32,000 nucleotides of DNA. Origin: an uncultured bacterium. Its GTDB lineage: Bacteria; Patescibacteriota; Gracilibacteria; UBA1369; PNNO01. The notes below the pieces were generated by a model. It saw only the letters and a list, made by a program, of their open reading frames with translations, had not been told where the DNA came from and searched no databases. Location: positions 780,001 to 812,000 of the forward strand of contig OY969931.1 in assembly GCA_963704705.1 (NCBI GenBank), read 5' to 3'. Every line of letters begins with the position of its first letter. The first letter of the stretch is position 1. Both the position numbers and the translations under genes were made by a program. Below, one piece after another: positions 1 to 9,874 of this stretch.

Positions 1-29
1 GGCGCTCTAGCCAACTGAGCTACAGCCCC
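1..29 (-). tRNA. tRNA, 5' portion only (continues past left edge); acceptor/D-arm most like tRNA-Ala
   Basis: Reverse complement of 1-29 = GGGGCTGTAGCTCAGTTGGCTAGAGCGCC, i.e. acceptor strand plus canonical D-arm (TAGCTCAGTTGG..AGAGC). The anticodon is outside the window, so the isotype is a guess. Confidence 0.6.
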
Positions 30-48
30 ATAATAATTTATTGGGGAT

Positions 49-438
49 TTATTCTTCTTTTTTTGATTCGGTTCCTACTTCGGAACCTTCAATAGAGCTC
101 GCCTTCGGCTCGCTCGGTTCAGTCATAATAGCATTCTCTTTCATCATTGGTTCTTTTTCTTCTTTTTCTACTTTCTTTTCTTTTTCTTTTCTTTTCATGT
201 TCATAAATCCGTCATATAGAACATCTTTTAAAGAAAACAAACTCCATATAACAAATAATATAATTAATGGCATGCTATTAATCTGCCATGCGTATACTGA
301 TAACAATGCAGCACCAATCAAATTAATAAAATCATATTCAAAATCTTGAGTTTTCCATCTGCCTATTTGATTTAGGAGGAATGCCACAAGAAGTACAAGT
401 GCTCCTATATATCCAATTATAGTGTTAGCTTCTAACAT
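49..438 (-). CDS. small integral membrane protein (CBU_0592-like pattern) with Lys/Glu-rich C-terminal tail
   Basis: 129-aa ORF with 3 clear hydrophobic helices (IIGYIGALVLLVAFLL, LIGAALLSVYAW, PLIILFVIWSLFSL). The antisense ORF 41-349 is low-complexity. Has its own putative promoter at 469-497. Confidence 0.6.
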   Translation of the reverse strand: MLEANTIIGYIGALVLLVAFLLNQIGRWKTQDFEYDFINLIGAALLSVYAWQINSMPLIILFVIWSLFSLKDVLYDGFMNMKRKEKEKKVEKEEKEPMMKENAIMTEPSEPKASSIEGSEVGTESKKEE

Positions 439-468
439 GATGATTGTTTAAATTGATACGCAAAAGCA

Positions 469-497
469 AGTTTATATAAATTGATGATTAAGGTCAA
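469..497 (-). promoter_or_regulatory. putative sigma70 promoter for the membrane-protein gene
   Basis: Minus strand reads TTGACC - 17 nt - TAAACT, about 30 nt upstream of the ATG at 438. Confidence 0.35.
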
Positions 498-577
498 GAA
501 ATAATTCATCATGCTTTGCTAATTCTCATACCTAAGCAAAAAAAGCCGCTTTAATTTTTTGCGACTCTTTAATGTTT

Positions 578-604
578 TTAACATTCAGAGCGTAATAGAG
601 AAAC
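578..604 (-). other. 16S trailer half of pre-rRNA processing helix
   Basis: 578-604 (ttaacattcagagcgtaatagagaaac) is complementary to 2285-2311 at 25/27 positions. The two mismatches become G-U wobbles in the minus-strand RNA. Typical RNase III-type stem bracketing a 16S. Confidence 0.75.
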
Positions 605-693
605 CTCTGCCGTTTCAAATAAATGAAACGTGCTCGACCATATAGCACTGCATGCTAACAAATAAATGTTAACACCGTTCTACATGACTCCTT

Positions 694-2160
<1,467 letters not shown>

Positions 2161-2284
2161 AAAAAGTTTAATCAGATAATACCGCTAAAGTATTATCTGT
2201 AAGCTCAATGTTATTTCTGTTGTAAATTAATTACTCGGAAAAAATAGATTTTTTTGAAAAACCTATAAAAAATTGAATAAACAA

Positions 2285-2311
2285 GTTTCTCTATTACACT
2301 CTAAATGTTAA
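2285..2311 (-). other. 16S leader half of pre-rRNA processing helix
   Basis: Pairs with 578-604 (see that feature). Confidence 0.75.
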
Positions 2312-2356
2312 AGAACACACTTTTTTCGCACTCGAAGTTTTCAAAAGTGCCAGCAC

Positions 2357-2385
2357 ATTCTAAGTAACAAAACTTGAGAAGTCAA
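2357..2385 (-). promoter_or_regulatory. putative 16S rRNA promoter
   Basis: Minus strand reads TTGACT (2385-2380) - 17 nt - TAGAAT (2362-2357), about 190 nt upstream of the mature 16S 5' end and upstream of the leader stem. Confidence 0.55.
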
Positions 2386-2415
2386 GACATTTTAGAGGAA
2401 AAAAGTTATAAAAAT

Positions 2416-2424
2416 TGATATAAT
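2416..2424 (+). promoter_or_regulatory. extended -10 element upstream of clpP
   Basis: TGATATAAT (TGnTATAAT) lies 35 nt upstream of the clpP ATG. Confidence 0.4.
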
Positions 2425-2458
2425 GTTATAAGACATTAATTCTATTAACAAATCAACT

Positions 2459-3079
2459 ATGTCAGACGATACACAAACCAAAAAGCCTATCGAGAGCATG
2501 TTAGTACCAACAGTTATTGAAAAAAGTAACTTTGGAGAAAGGGCTTATGATATTTATTCACGTCTTTTAAAAGACAGAGTAGTTTTCTTGGGTTCCGCAA
2601 TAAATGATGCGGTAGCTAATAATATTATTGCTCAGTTATTGTTCCTTGAGAACCAAAATCAAGATAAAGATATTACTCTATATATACACTCCCCTGGCGG
2701 ACATGTAACTGCAGGGCTTGCTATTTACGACACAATGCAATACATCAAACCTGATGTTTCAACTGTATGTATCGGAATGGCTGCTTCAATGGGAGCTGTA
2801 TTGTTAGCAGGTGGCGCAAAAGGTAAGAGATTTGCACTTCCAAATAGTGAAGTAATGATTCATCAGCCTCTTGGCGGAATTGAAGGTCAGGCTTCTGATA
2901 TCAGTATTCATGCAGATCATATTATTAAGACCAAGAAAAAATTAAATACAATTTTAGCTAATCACACTGGTCAAAAACTAGAACAGGTTGAAAAAGACAC
3001 TGATAGAGATAAATTCCTAAATCCGGATGAAGCTAAAAAGTACGGACTTATTGATAAGATTATTGAACGTAAAAAATAG
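2459..3079 (+). CDS. clpP: ATP-dependent Clp protease proteolytic subunit
   Basis: 206 aa with hallmark ClpP blocks: [37 protein letters not shown] (active-site Ser), MIHQPLGG (His). Confidence 0.95.
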   Translation: MSDDTQTKKPIESMLVPTVIEKSNFGERAYDIYSRLLKDRVVFLGSAINDAVANNIIAQLLFLENQNQDKDITLYIHSPGGHVTAGLAIYDTMQYIKPDVSTVCIGMAASMGAVLLAGGAKGKRFALPNSEVMIHQPLGGIEGQASDISIHADHIIKTKKKLNTILANHTGQKLEQVEKDTDRDKFLNPDEAKKYGLIDKIIERKK

Positions 3080-3081
3080 TT

Positions 3082-4002
3082 TTACTTTTTATATTCCATC
3101 GCATATTTAACAGCATATTCAGCTATTAATTTAGCTACATCAACATGTGTTGCTTCTGTAATACCTTCTAATCCTGGATTGCAATTAACTTCCATAACAA
3201 CCGGCCCGTCTTTTGCGCGCAGAAGGTCAACTCCGGCTACTTTTAATTTAAGCGCTTCCGCTGCAGCCAAAGAAATTTCTTTTTCTTTTTTGCTTAATGT
3301 AGCAGGTGTACCAACGCCTCCAAGGGCAATATTTGATCTAAAATCTTTTCCCTGCGCATCGCGATCCATTGCAGCAACAATTTTACCGTCAACAATAAAT
3401 ACTCTTACATCCTTTCCTTCTGATTCAGCCACATATTCCTGAATCAATAATGAATTAAAATCACTTGAAGTTAAAAGCATATCGAATGCACTGTGAAGCG
3501 CACGTCTGCTTTCAACAATTGCAACTCCTTTACCCAAAGAACCGAAAGGAGTCTTTATAATAATTGGAAATCCGCCGATTCTTTTAATAGCTGTATCTAA
3601 ATATTCAAATCTTCGAACAACAAGAGTACGAGGAACAGGTATATGATTACCTGTTAAAAGCTGTAAAGTTCTTAATTTGTTCTTTGCTCTAACCAAAGAT
3701 GTATAGCTTTGAATAATTGGATATCCCAATACTTCTAATTGCTGAACAATTGCAGCTCTTAAAGAGATATTTTCCAATGCTGAAAATCTTGGAATAATAA
3801 CATCAATTTTTGGAAAATGTTTTCCTGCCAATAAAACTTTTGGTTTTTTTCTTGTATAGTAAAGTTGGCATTTATCATCACGAATAACTCTTGGCGTGTG
3901 GCCAATTTCAGTTATTGCTTTTTTAAGCATTTTAACGTCGTTTGGGAGCTTGGTTGAACGTATTGTTATACCAGGTTTGAAATGTAAAATACCGATCTTC
4001 AT
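3082..4002 (-). CDS. rimK: RimK-family ATP-grasp alpha-L-glutamate ligase
   Basis: 306 aa with blocks matching E. coli RimK: GKDVRVFIVDGKIVAAMDR..GKDFRSNIALGG, VAGVDLLRAKDGPVVMEVNCNPGLEGI. Confidence 0.85.
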   Translation of the reverse strand: MKIGILHFKPGITIRSTKLPNDVKMLKKAITEIGHTPRVIRDDKCQLYYTRKKPKVLLAGKHFPKIDVIIPRFSALENISLRAAIVQQLEVLGYPIIQSYTSLVRAKNKLRTLQLLTGNHIPVPRTLVVRRFEYLDTAIKRIGGFPIIIKTPFGSLGKGVAIVESRRALHSAFDMLLTSSDFNSLLIQEYVAESEGKDVRVFIVDGKIVAAMDRDAQGKDFRSNIALGGVGTPATLSKKEKEISLAAAEALKLKVAGVDLLRAKDGPVVMEVNCNPGLEGITEATHVDVAKLIAEYAVKYAMEYKK

Positions 4003-4132
4003 AAAAGAGTTTTATTAAAAAAATTCGCCCATAGAGCCTCGCAAGCTCGTCTCTGGCGTGTACATAATAAGAATTTTCTTTGAAAAAGCAAGGAAATTTA
4101 AGTACAATACGCCTGTCATTAACTTTAAATAA

Positions 4133-4711
4133 ATGAAAAAATTAAATATATTCCTATTGGGTGCGGTTTTTGTATTAACCGGATGCTTTGGAAGCGGTGA
4201 CGCTACAATCGATGTTCCACAATTTGAAGGTTTTAAAACTTATGAAACTCCAAGTTTTTTCATATCAGTTCCTGAAAGATGGGAGGTAATAGAACAGAAA
4301 GATTTTTCTGATGATATTCCAAGCCAGACTCAGATAATTTTCAGAAATAATATTAAAAACGATAAATTTACAGCAAATGCAAATGTAACCAAACAGCTAT
4401 TAAGTCAAGCAATGACATCTCAGGAATTCGCCAGAAGTGAGATAGCAGGCCATAAAAGTACTCTATTAAATTATCAGGAAATAAGCAGAAATGACGAATT
4501 TAAAGTAATTATAGGAGATAAAGTTCAAAATTCCGTTTATTTATTATTTGAAGGTAAGCAAGCTGAAGATCAGCCTATTATAAGGGTTGTACAAACTTAT
4601 GCTGTTAACGGTGCTGATGCATATACTGTTACTGCAGCATATTTAAAGGACTCTGATGAACTTACAGCAGAGGCAGCAGGCAGGATTATTGAAACCTTTA
4701 AATTAAAATAA
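4133..4711 (+). CDS. hypothetical lipoprotein
   Basis: 192 aa with an N-terminal signal peptide and lipobox (FVLTGC). No family recognised. Confidence 0.6.
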   Translation: MKKLNIFLLGAVFVLTGCFGSGDATIDVPQFEGFKTYETPSFFISVPERWEVIEQKDFSDDIPSQTQIIFRNNIKNDKFTANANVTKQLLSQAMTSQEFARSEIAGHKSTLLNYQEISRNDEFKVIIGDKVQNSVYLLFEGKQAEDQPIIRVVQTYAVNGADAYTVTAAYLKDSDELTAEAAGRIIETFKLK

Positions 4712-4773
4712 TTATTGACTTTGCGTTGTAATATTCCTACTATCTAATTAGGAATGATTCTTAATAATTCCAA

Positions 4774-5406
4774 ATGACAAATAAAGACGGAGAAAATTGG
4801 GTATATTCAGAAACCGTAAAGCAGCACTTTTTTGAACCGCAGAATATATTAAAAGAAAAGCCTGAAGATTATAATGCTGATGGCGTTGGATATGTTGGCA
4901 GCCCTGCATGCGGAGACATGATGAAAATGTGGATTAAGGTGGATAAACTTACTGATACAATAGCGGAATGCAAATGGCAGACATTCGGTTGCGCTTCAGC
5001 AATAGCTTCTACTTCGGTTCTTTCGGTAATGGCAACTGAAAACGGCGGAATGAGCCTTGATAGGGCAATGAAAATTACTCCACAGGATATTTGTGAAAGG
5101 TTGAGCGGACTTCCTGATAGAAAAATACACTGCAGTGTTCTTGGAGATAAAGCTTTAAGAGCAGCAATTAACGATTATTTTAAAAAAAGCGGTCAAGAAG
5201 AAAGAATAGTTAAAGAACAGGCAAAAGTTATTTGCAGATGCCTCGAAGTTACTGATCATGAAATTGAAGAAGCTGTTCTCGAAGGAAAACAAACATGGGA
5301 AGCGGTACAAAGAGAAACAAAGTGCGGAACAGCCTGCGGAGGTTGCAAAGCACGCATTGAAAATTTAATTAAACAATATAAATACCAGTACTTTGGAGAA
5401 GAATAA
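4774..5406 (+). CDS. nifU: NifU-like Fe-S scaffold (IscU/NifU N-domain + BFD-like [2Fe-2S] domain)
   Basis: GSPACGDMMKMW, QTFGCASAIASTS and KIHCSVLG give the three scaffold cysteines. The C-terminal CRCLEVTDHEIE...CGTACGGC is a BFD-like Cys pattern. Overlaps the downstream cysteine desulfurase gene. Confidence 0.9.
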   Translation: MTNKDGENWVYSETVKQHFFEPQNILKEKPEDYNADGVGYVGSPACGDMMKMWIKVDKLTDTIAECKWQTFGCASAIASTSVLSVMATENGGMSLDRAMKITPQDICERLSGLPDRKIHCSVLGDKALRAAINDYFKKSGQEERIVKEQAKVICRCLEVTDHEIEEAVLEGKQTWEAVQRETKCGTACGGCKARIENLIKQYKYQYFGEE

Positions 5407-6559
5407 ACAAATATATTTGGATCATGCAGCTACTACTCCAATGGACCCTCGTGTTTTGGAGGCGATGATGCCTTATTTTAAGGAAGAATTTGGAAATCCA
5501 TCTTCTATTTACTCTATCGCTCAAAGAGCAAAACAAGCTTTAGATGAAGCTCGCAGTGATGTTGCTGAAATTCTCGGATGCGCTCCCGAGGAAATAATAT
5601 TTACAAGCGGCGGAACCGAAAGCGATAATCTTGCGATTCTTGGAGTAGCTCGAGCAAATAAAACTAAGGGCAAACACATAGTAACAACTAAAATCGAGCA
5701 TCATGCTGTTTTGCATCCTTGTGAAGTTTTAGAGAAAGAAGGTTTTGAAGTTACTTATGTTGAAGTTGAAAAAAATGGAATTGTTGATGCAGAAAAAGTA
5801 AAAGCAGCAGTACGTGAAGACACAATTCTTGTAAGTGTGATGTATGCGAACAATGAAATCGGAACCATTCAGCCAATTGGAACAATCGGCAGGTTTTGCA
5901 AAAAACGTAATATCCCCTTTCATACAGATGCATGCCAGGCAGCAGGCGTTTTAGATATTAATGTTGATAGACTTAAAGCTAGTTTGCTTACTTTAAACGG
6001 CAGCAAAATCTACGGACCAAAAGGTGTTGGAGTACTTTTTGTGCGTAAAGGCGTGAGCATTCAACCTTTGATGTATGGCGGCGAACAGGAACGCAGAATC
6101 CGTCCCGGGACTGAAAATGTTGCAGGAATTGTTGGATTGGCGGAAGCTCTTAAATTGGCTCAGGCAGAGAGCGAAAAAGAAAACAAACGTTTAATTGCTT
6201 TGCGTGATTATTTAATAAAAGAAATCGAGGCGCGGATTCCAAAAGTAATATTAAATGGTGATCGAACAGAGCGTCTTCCAAATAATGTAAATGTTTCGAT
6301 TTTGGATATTGAAGGTGAAGCTTTATTGCTACGTTTGGATATGGCTGGATTTGCAGCCTCTAGCGGTTCGGCCTGCACTTCGGGTAGTTTGGATCCATCA
6401 CATGTTATTCTTGCGTTAGGACACCCATACGAAATCGCACACGGCAGTTTAAGATTTAGTCTCGGAAAAAGCACAACAAAAAAGGACCTCGATAAGTTGC
6501 TCGAAGTCCTTCCTAAAATTGTTGATGATCTCCGGGCTATAAGTCCGGTGAGACTTTAA
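5393..6559 (+). CDS. nifS: cysteine desulfurase (NifS/IscS class)
   Basis: 388 aa with IYLDHAATTP, FTSGGTESDN, HTDACQA, SLLTLNGSKIYGPKG (PLP Lys), RPGTEN and SSGSACTS (active Cys). Putative TTG start overlaps nifU by 14 nt. Confidence 0.93.
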   Translation: MEKNKQIYLDHAATTPMDPRVLEAMMPYFKEEFGNPSSIYSIAQRAKQALDEARSDVAEILGCAPEEIIFTSGGTESDNLAILGVARANKTKGKHIVTTKIEHHAVLHPCEVLEKEGFEVTYVEVEKNGIVDAEKVKAAVREDTILVSVMYANNEIGTIQPIGTIGRFCKKRNIPFHTDACQAAGVLDINVDRLKASLLTLNGSKIYGPKGVGVLFVRKGVSIQPLMYGGEQERRIRPGTENVAGIVGLAEALKLAQAESEKENKRLIALRDYLIKEIEARIPKVILNGDRTERLPNNVNVSILDIEGEALLLRLDMAGFAASSGSACTSGSLDPSHVILALGHPYEIAHGSLRFSLGKSTTKKDLDKLLEVLPKIVDDLRAISPVRL

Positions 6560-6561
6560 TA

Positions 6562-6870
6562 TTATTCATCATCTTCAGCCGATGGATCCGTTTGTTCTAA
6601 AACTTCCATTAATTCTTTTCCCCTTCTTTGTAATTTTTGCAAATATGGAGATTTATTTACTATGTCAGCTAAGTGGCCAGCTTTAAAGTGCCGTCCCCTT
6701 TCATTTACTTTGTATTGTGTAACTGGTTGATGGCTTTCATCAGATGCACAATCAGATAATCCATCACCATCACTATTTAAACCACCGTTACAATTATCAA
6801 TTTGAACTTCGCTATTTCCGAATAATCCCCCGGGTGCAAATATATCTTCAGGACCTTTTTTATTAGCCAT
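6562..6870 (-). CDS. hypothetical protein with one thrombospondin-type-3-like Asp motif (NSDGDGLSDC)
   Basis: 102-aa ORF with native AT-rich codon usage. No family recognised. Confidence 0.45.
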   Translation of the reverse strand: MANKKGPEDIFAPGGLFGNSEVQIDNCNGGLNSDGDGLSDCASDESHQPVTQYKVNERGRHFKAGHLADIVNKSPYLQKLQRRGKELMEVLEQTDPSAEDDE

Positions 6871-6952
6871 GATTTTAAAGTTATTATTTAAAGAGTATCA
6901 TTTTAAGATATTTGTTAAGTTTTGTCAAGTATGTATTTGTAATTCAAATTCT

Positions 6953-6964
6953 GATCCCGGGATC
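6953..6964. repeat. CCCGGG-centred perfect palindrome (gatcccgggatc)
   Basis: 12-nt perfect palindrome in an intergenic region. Same core as the repeat family at 14.8/18.7/21.5 kb. Confidence 0.5.
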
Positions 6965-7057
6965 GTGATATAGATTGTTGATTTTGCTTAAATTGAAGCT
7001 GAAATTGCTACTTTAAAATAAACTTCGAAAACAGCAAATATGTCAAATTTTAGTTTC

Positions 7058-7069
7058 ATGCCCGGGCAT
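7058..7069. repeat. CCCGGG-centred perfect palindrome (atgcccgggcat) followed by a degenerate subunit-like sequence
   Basis: 12-nt perfect palindrome. The downstream cattt..gtcaaattttcgctacgctcacctaccgg carries TTTGAC, GTAG and GGTAGGT words of the repeat family, in inverted orientation. Confidence 0.4.
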
Positions 7070-7187
7070 TTAAAACCTATAAAGTCAAATTTTCGCTACG
7101 CTCACCTACCGGCTCGCTCCAAAAGGCTTCGCTTGGGCTAAGCCCTGCGCTCCATACAGCTCCGTTCGCATTAGCTCACTTCGCTGT

Positions 7188-7276
7188 TGGTGCCGCGGGA
7201 GGGAATCGAACCCTCACATGGTATTACCCATACAGGATTTTAAGTCCTGCGCGTCTACCAATTCCGCCACCGCGGC
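7188..7276 (-). tRNA. tRNA-Leu (anticodon UAA), CCA encoded
   Basis: Reverse complement is GCCGCGGTGGCGGAATTGGTAGACGCGCAGGACTTAAAATCCTGTATGGGTAATACCATGTGAGGGTTCGATTCCCTCCCGCGGCACCA. It has a 7-bp acceptor, anticodon stem CAGGA/TCCTG with loop CTTAAAA, a long variable arm and T-arm GAGGG-TTCGATT-CCCTC. Confidence 0.95.
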
Positions 7277-7329
7277 AAATTTAGGCACAAATCTATTTAA
7301 GCGTGCCTGACATAAAATTTCAATAGCAT

Positions 7330-7719
7330 TTAATTACAAGTTGTTTCATCTGCTGTTATTTGAACTTCAGTAAATTTTTCATCGGAATCAGGACGCTTAC
7401 TCTCACCTTCTATCTGAATAACAGTACCTTTAAAACTAAATTCACCATTGCACATAGGCAGATCTTTAGTATAAACAACAAGCTGATCTCCATCTTCAAA
7501 ATCAACGTAAGAAATATAAGGATAATCCTCATGGATATCAATCATATGCTGCCATGGCTGATTCGACAATTTGCCTGTTAATTCAACTGTTTGGCCAACT
7601 TTAAGCTGTTTTTTTTCATTAGGAACAGGCTCGCACGAACAGGAACTGAAAAGTAAAATTGAAATAACGGGTATTGCTATTAGTCTCTTCATTTTATAAA
7701 GTTTAAATAACTTACTCAA
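7330..7719 (-). CDS. hypothetical lipoprotein
   Basis: 129 aa with signal peptide and lipobox-like LLFSSC. No family recognised. Confidence 0.55.
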   Translation of the reverse strand: MSKLFKLYKMKRLIAIPVISILLFSSCSCEPVPNEKKQLKVGQTVELTGKLSNQPWQHMIDIHEDYPYISYVDFEDGDQLVVYTKDLPMCNGEFSFKGTVIQIEGESKRPDSDEKFTEVQITADETTCN

Positions 7720-7736
7720 TAATATATAATAAATTC

Positions 7737-8570
7737 ATGAAATTCAACAAACTCACATCTGAAGAAAAAGAAATAATCGAAAACAAAGGAACAGAACCGC
7801 CTAATTCCGGAGAATATAATGATTTTTTTGAAAAAGGTGTGTATTTATGCAGGCGCTGTAATGCTCTTTTATATTTATCTGACGATAAATTTCATTCAGA
7901 CTGCGGATGGCCAAGTTTTGATGATGAAGTTGTGGGTGCAATCAAAAAACAAACTGATGCAGATGGAATGCGCACTGAAATTCTTTGCAATAATTGCGGT
8001 GCTCATTTGGGTCATGTTTTTGAAGGTGAACATCTTACCAAAAAGAACACAAGGCACTGTGTAAACTCTTTATCAATGAAGTTTGTTCAGGCTGAACGCG
8101 CTATTTTTGCCGGCGGATGTTTTTGGGGAGTTGAACACTATATGAAAAAAGCTGACGGAGTTATTGAAACCACAGTAGGATATATTGGCGGTGATAAAGA
8201 AGATCCCACTTATGAAGAAGTTTGTGCTCATGGCACAGGCCACTATGAAGCGATTGAAATTTTATATGATCCAAAGAAAACAGATTATGAAACTTTAGCT
8301 AAATTGTTTTTTGAAATTCATGATCCAACACAAAAAAACGGACAAGGCCCTGATATCGGCGAGCAATATCAATCAGTTATATTTTATTTAAATGATGAGC
8401 AAAAAGAAATTGCTGAAAAACTTATTAAAATTCTGGAAGATAAAGGTTTGGATATTGCCACAAAATTATTTAAAGCAGGTAAATTCTGGCCTGCGGAAGA
8501 GTACCATCAGGATTACTATGATAAAACAGGGCATCAACCTTATTGTCACAAATATACAAAACGCTTTTAA
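7737..8570 (+). CDS. msrAB: bifunctional peptide-methionine sulfoxide reductase, MsrB-MsrA order
   Basis: The N-terminal half has the MsrB zinc/active-site pattern ([33 protein letters not shown]). The C-terminal half has the MsrA motif [10 protein letters not shown] plus [18 protein letters not shown]. Confidence 0.92.
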   Translation: MKFNKLTSEEKEIIENKGTEPPNSGEYNDFFEKGVYLCRRCNALLYLSDDKFHSDCGWPSFDDEVVGAIKKQTDADGMRTEILCNNCGAHLGHVFEGEHLTKKNTRHCVNSLSMKFVQAERAIFAGGCFWGVEHYMKKADGVIETTVGYIGGDKEDPTYEEVCAHGTGHYEAIEILYDPKKTDYETLAKLFFEIHDPTQKNGQGPDIGEQYQSVIFYLNDEQKEIAEKLIKILEDKGLDIATKLFKAGKFWPAEEYHQDYYDKTGHQPYCHKYTKRF

Positions 8571-8600
8571 TTAAAATTCTATTTATTAACAACAATTAAA

Positions 8601-8858
8601 ATGGCAAAAAAAGATGAGGAATTCAAAGTAAACGGTGAAGAACTTCTAAAAAAAGTTAAACAACTTTTACATGAAGGAAATGTTCGCAGAATTATTATAA
8701 AAGATGAAAAAGGCCGCAAATTCCTGGAAATTCCGGTTACTGTTGGAGTGCTTGGAGCATTGGCAGCACCGGTTTTAGTTGCGGTTGGTGCAGTCGCAGC
8801 AATTGCAACAAGATTCACAGTTGAAATAATTAGAAAAGAGGATGGCAAAAAATCATAA
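8601..8858 (+). CDS. DUF4342-like small protein
   Basis: 85 aa. The pattern VNGEELLKKVKQLLHEGNVRRIIIKDEKGRKFLEIPVTVG followed by an Ala/Val-rich hydrophobic segment matches my recollection of DUF4342. Confidence 0.55.
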   Translation: MAKKDEEFKVNGEELLKKVKQLLHEGNVRRIIIKDEKGRKFLEIPVTVGVLGALAAPVLVAVGAVAAIATRFTVEIIRKEDGKKS

Positions 8859-9180
8859 AAAAGATCGCAAGCAAAAACATAATAAATTCGATAACCTAAG
8901 CAAACCGCAGGAAGAATTTGATTTTCATGATCGCGGAGCTTTAACGCCTTTTGATGTTAAAAAGCTTGCTGATGAATTTTTACAGGAATGCAGGGACCGC
9001 AATTTAACTAAAGTGCTATTTATTACAGGTAAGGGCCTGCATTCAAAACACGGCATGCCTGTTATTAAACCTATGCTTAAAAAATATCTTCTCGAAAAAG
9101 CTTTTGTTAAGCGTGTTTATGAAGGCAGATTTGATAGGGGCGGAGGCGGAACATTAGAAGTAATCCTTGATTTTGACTAA
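8842..9180 (+). CDS. Smr domain protein
   Basis: 112 aa with FHDRG..LFITGKGLHSKHGMPVIKPMLKKYL..GGGGTLEVIL, which fits the Smr/MutS2 C-terminal nuclease domain pattern. Confidence 0.7.
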   Translation: MAKNHKKDRKQKHNKFDNLSKPQEEFDFHDRGALTPFDVKKLADEFLQECRDRNLTKVLFITGKGLHSKHGMPVIKPMLKKYLLEKAFVKRVYEGRFDRGGGGTLEVILDFD

Positions 9181-9874
9181 GCGATTTTGGGAAATAGATT
9201 TTATGCGCGGTATCGCCATAATTGCGATGATAACTTTTCATATTGTGTTTGATTTGCAGTATTTTGGGATATTTAAAGTAAATGTGAATGATTTGTCCTG
9301 GATTATTTTCAGAGATGCGATTTTTAGCTCTTTCTTTTTGCTTGTTGGTATTTCTCTGACATTAAGCTATTCAAAAAGCAGGCCGTTTTCACATTTTTTA
9401 TTAAGAGGAATTAAAATTTTTTGCTGGGGGCTTTTAATTACCATTGCAACGTTGTTGTTTTTAAATCAGGGCTTTATTTATTTTGGAGTTCTGCATTTTA
9501 TTGGTGTTTCAATTGTGATTAGCTACCCTTTTTTAAAATTAAAAAACGCGAATTTAATTTTTGCATTTATTATTTTTGGACTCTGGCTGCTGATCGCCAA
9601 TTTTACTTTAAGTTTCCCGTGGCTGCTGTGGCTGGGCCTTAAACCACATATTTTTTATAGTTTGGATTACTTCCCTCTTATCCCATATTTCGCGATTATT
9701 TTGATTGGGATATTTTTGGGAAACACGTTTTATAAAAACCATAAAAGGCAATATAAACTGCCGGAATTAAACATTAAACCAATTGAATTTTTAGGCAAAA
9801 ATGCTTTGGTGATTTATCTTATTCACCAGCCTTTAATTATTCTCTTTATAAGCCTTTTCAAATACTTCTTTTAA
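9167..9874 (+). CDS. DUF1624 / heparan-alpha-glucosaminide N-acetyltransferase-like membrane protein
   Basis: 235-aa polytopic membrane protein. The N-terminus RFWEIDFMRGIAIIAMITFH is typical of DUF1624. Start may be TTG at 9167 or ATG at 9203. Confidence 0.65.
   Translation: MILTKRFWEIDFMRGIAIIAMITFHIVFDLQYFGIFKVNVNDLSWIIFRDAIFSSFFLLVGISLTLSYSKSRPFSHFLLRGIKIFCWGLLITIATLLFLNQGFIYFGVLHFIGVSIVISYPFLKLKNANLIFAFIIFGLWLLIANFTLSFPWLLWLGLKPHIFYSLDYFPLIPYFAIILIGIFLGNTFYKNHKRQYKLPELNIKPIEFLGKNALVIYLIHQPLIILFISLFKYFF

Noticed and set aside
41-349. Plus-strand ORF antisense to the membrane-protein gene
   Set aside because: The translation is low-complexity Ser/Phe-rich. The minus-strand ORF gives coherent TM helices and has a promoter.
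3179-3442. Antisense or alternative-frame ORFs inside well-supported genes: 3179-3442, 5729-5933, 6208-6474, 7360-7581, 7819-8064, 8392-8574, 8579-8848, 11424-11906, 12636-13049, 13150-13591, 13597-13782, 14546-14758, 15842-16094, 16800-17138, 17396-17608, 17950-18210, 20082-20309, 21132-21574, 21807-21989, 22751-23295, 23733-24795, 26065-26337, 27748-28084, 29832-30155 and 30956-31150
   Set aside because: Each overlaps a gene with clear family motifs or better coding features on the other strand or frame, and their translations are low-complexity.
6104-6109. CCCGGG (gtcccgggac palindrome) inside nifS as another member of the palindrome family
   Set aside because: It encodes the conserved RPGTEN motif of cysteine desulfurases, so it is explained by coding constraint.
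7099-7110. 12-nt identity (taggtgagcgta) between the tRNA-Leu flank (minus strand) and 23624-23635
   Set aside because: Many chance 12-mer matches are expected in a 32-kb window searched on both strands, so this is not significant on its own. It is kept only as a weak supporting note in two findings.
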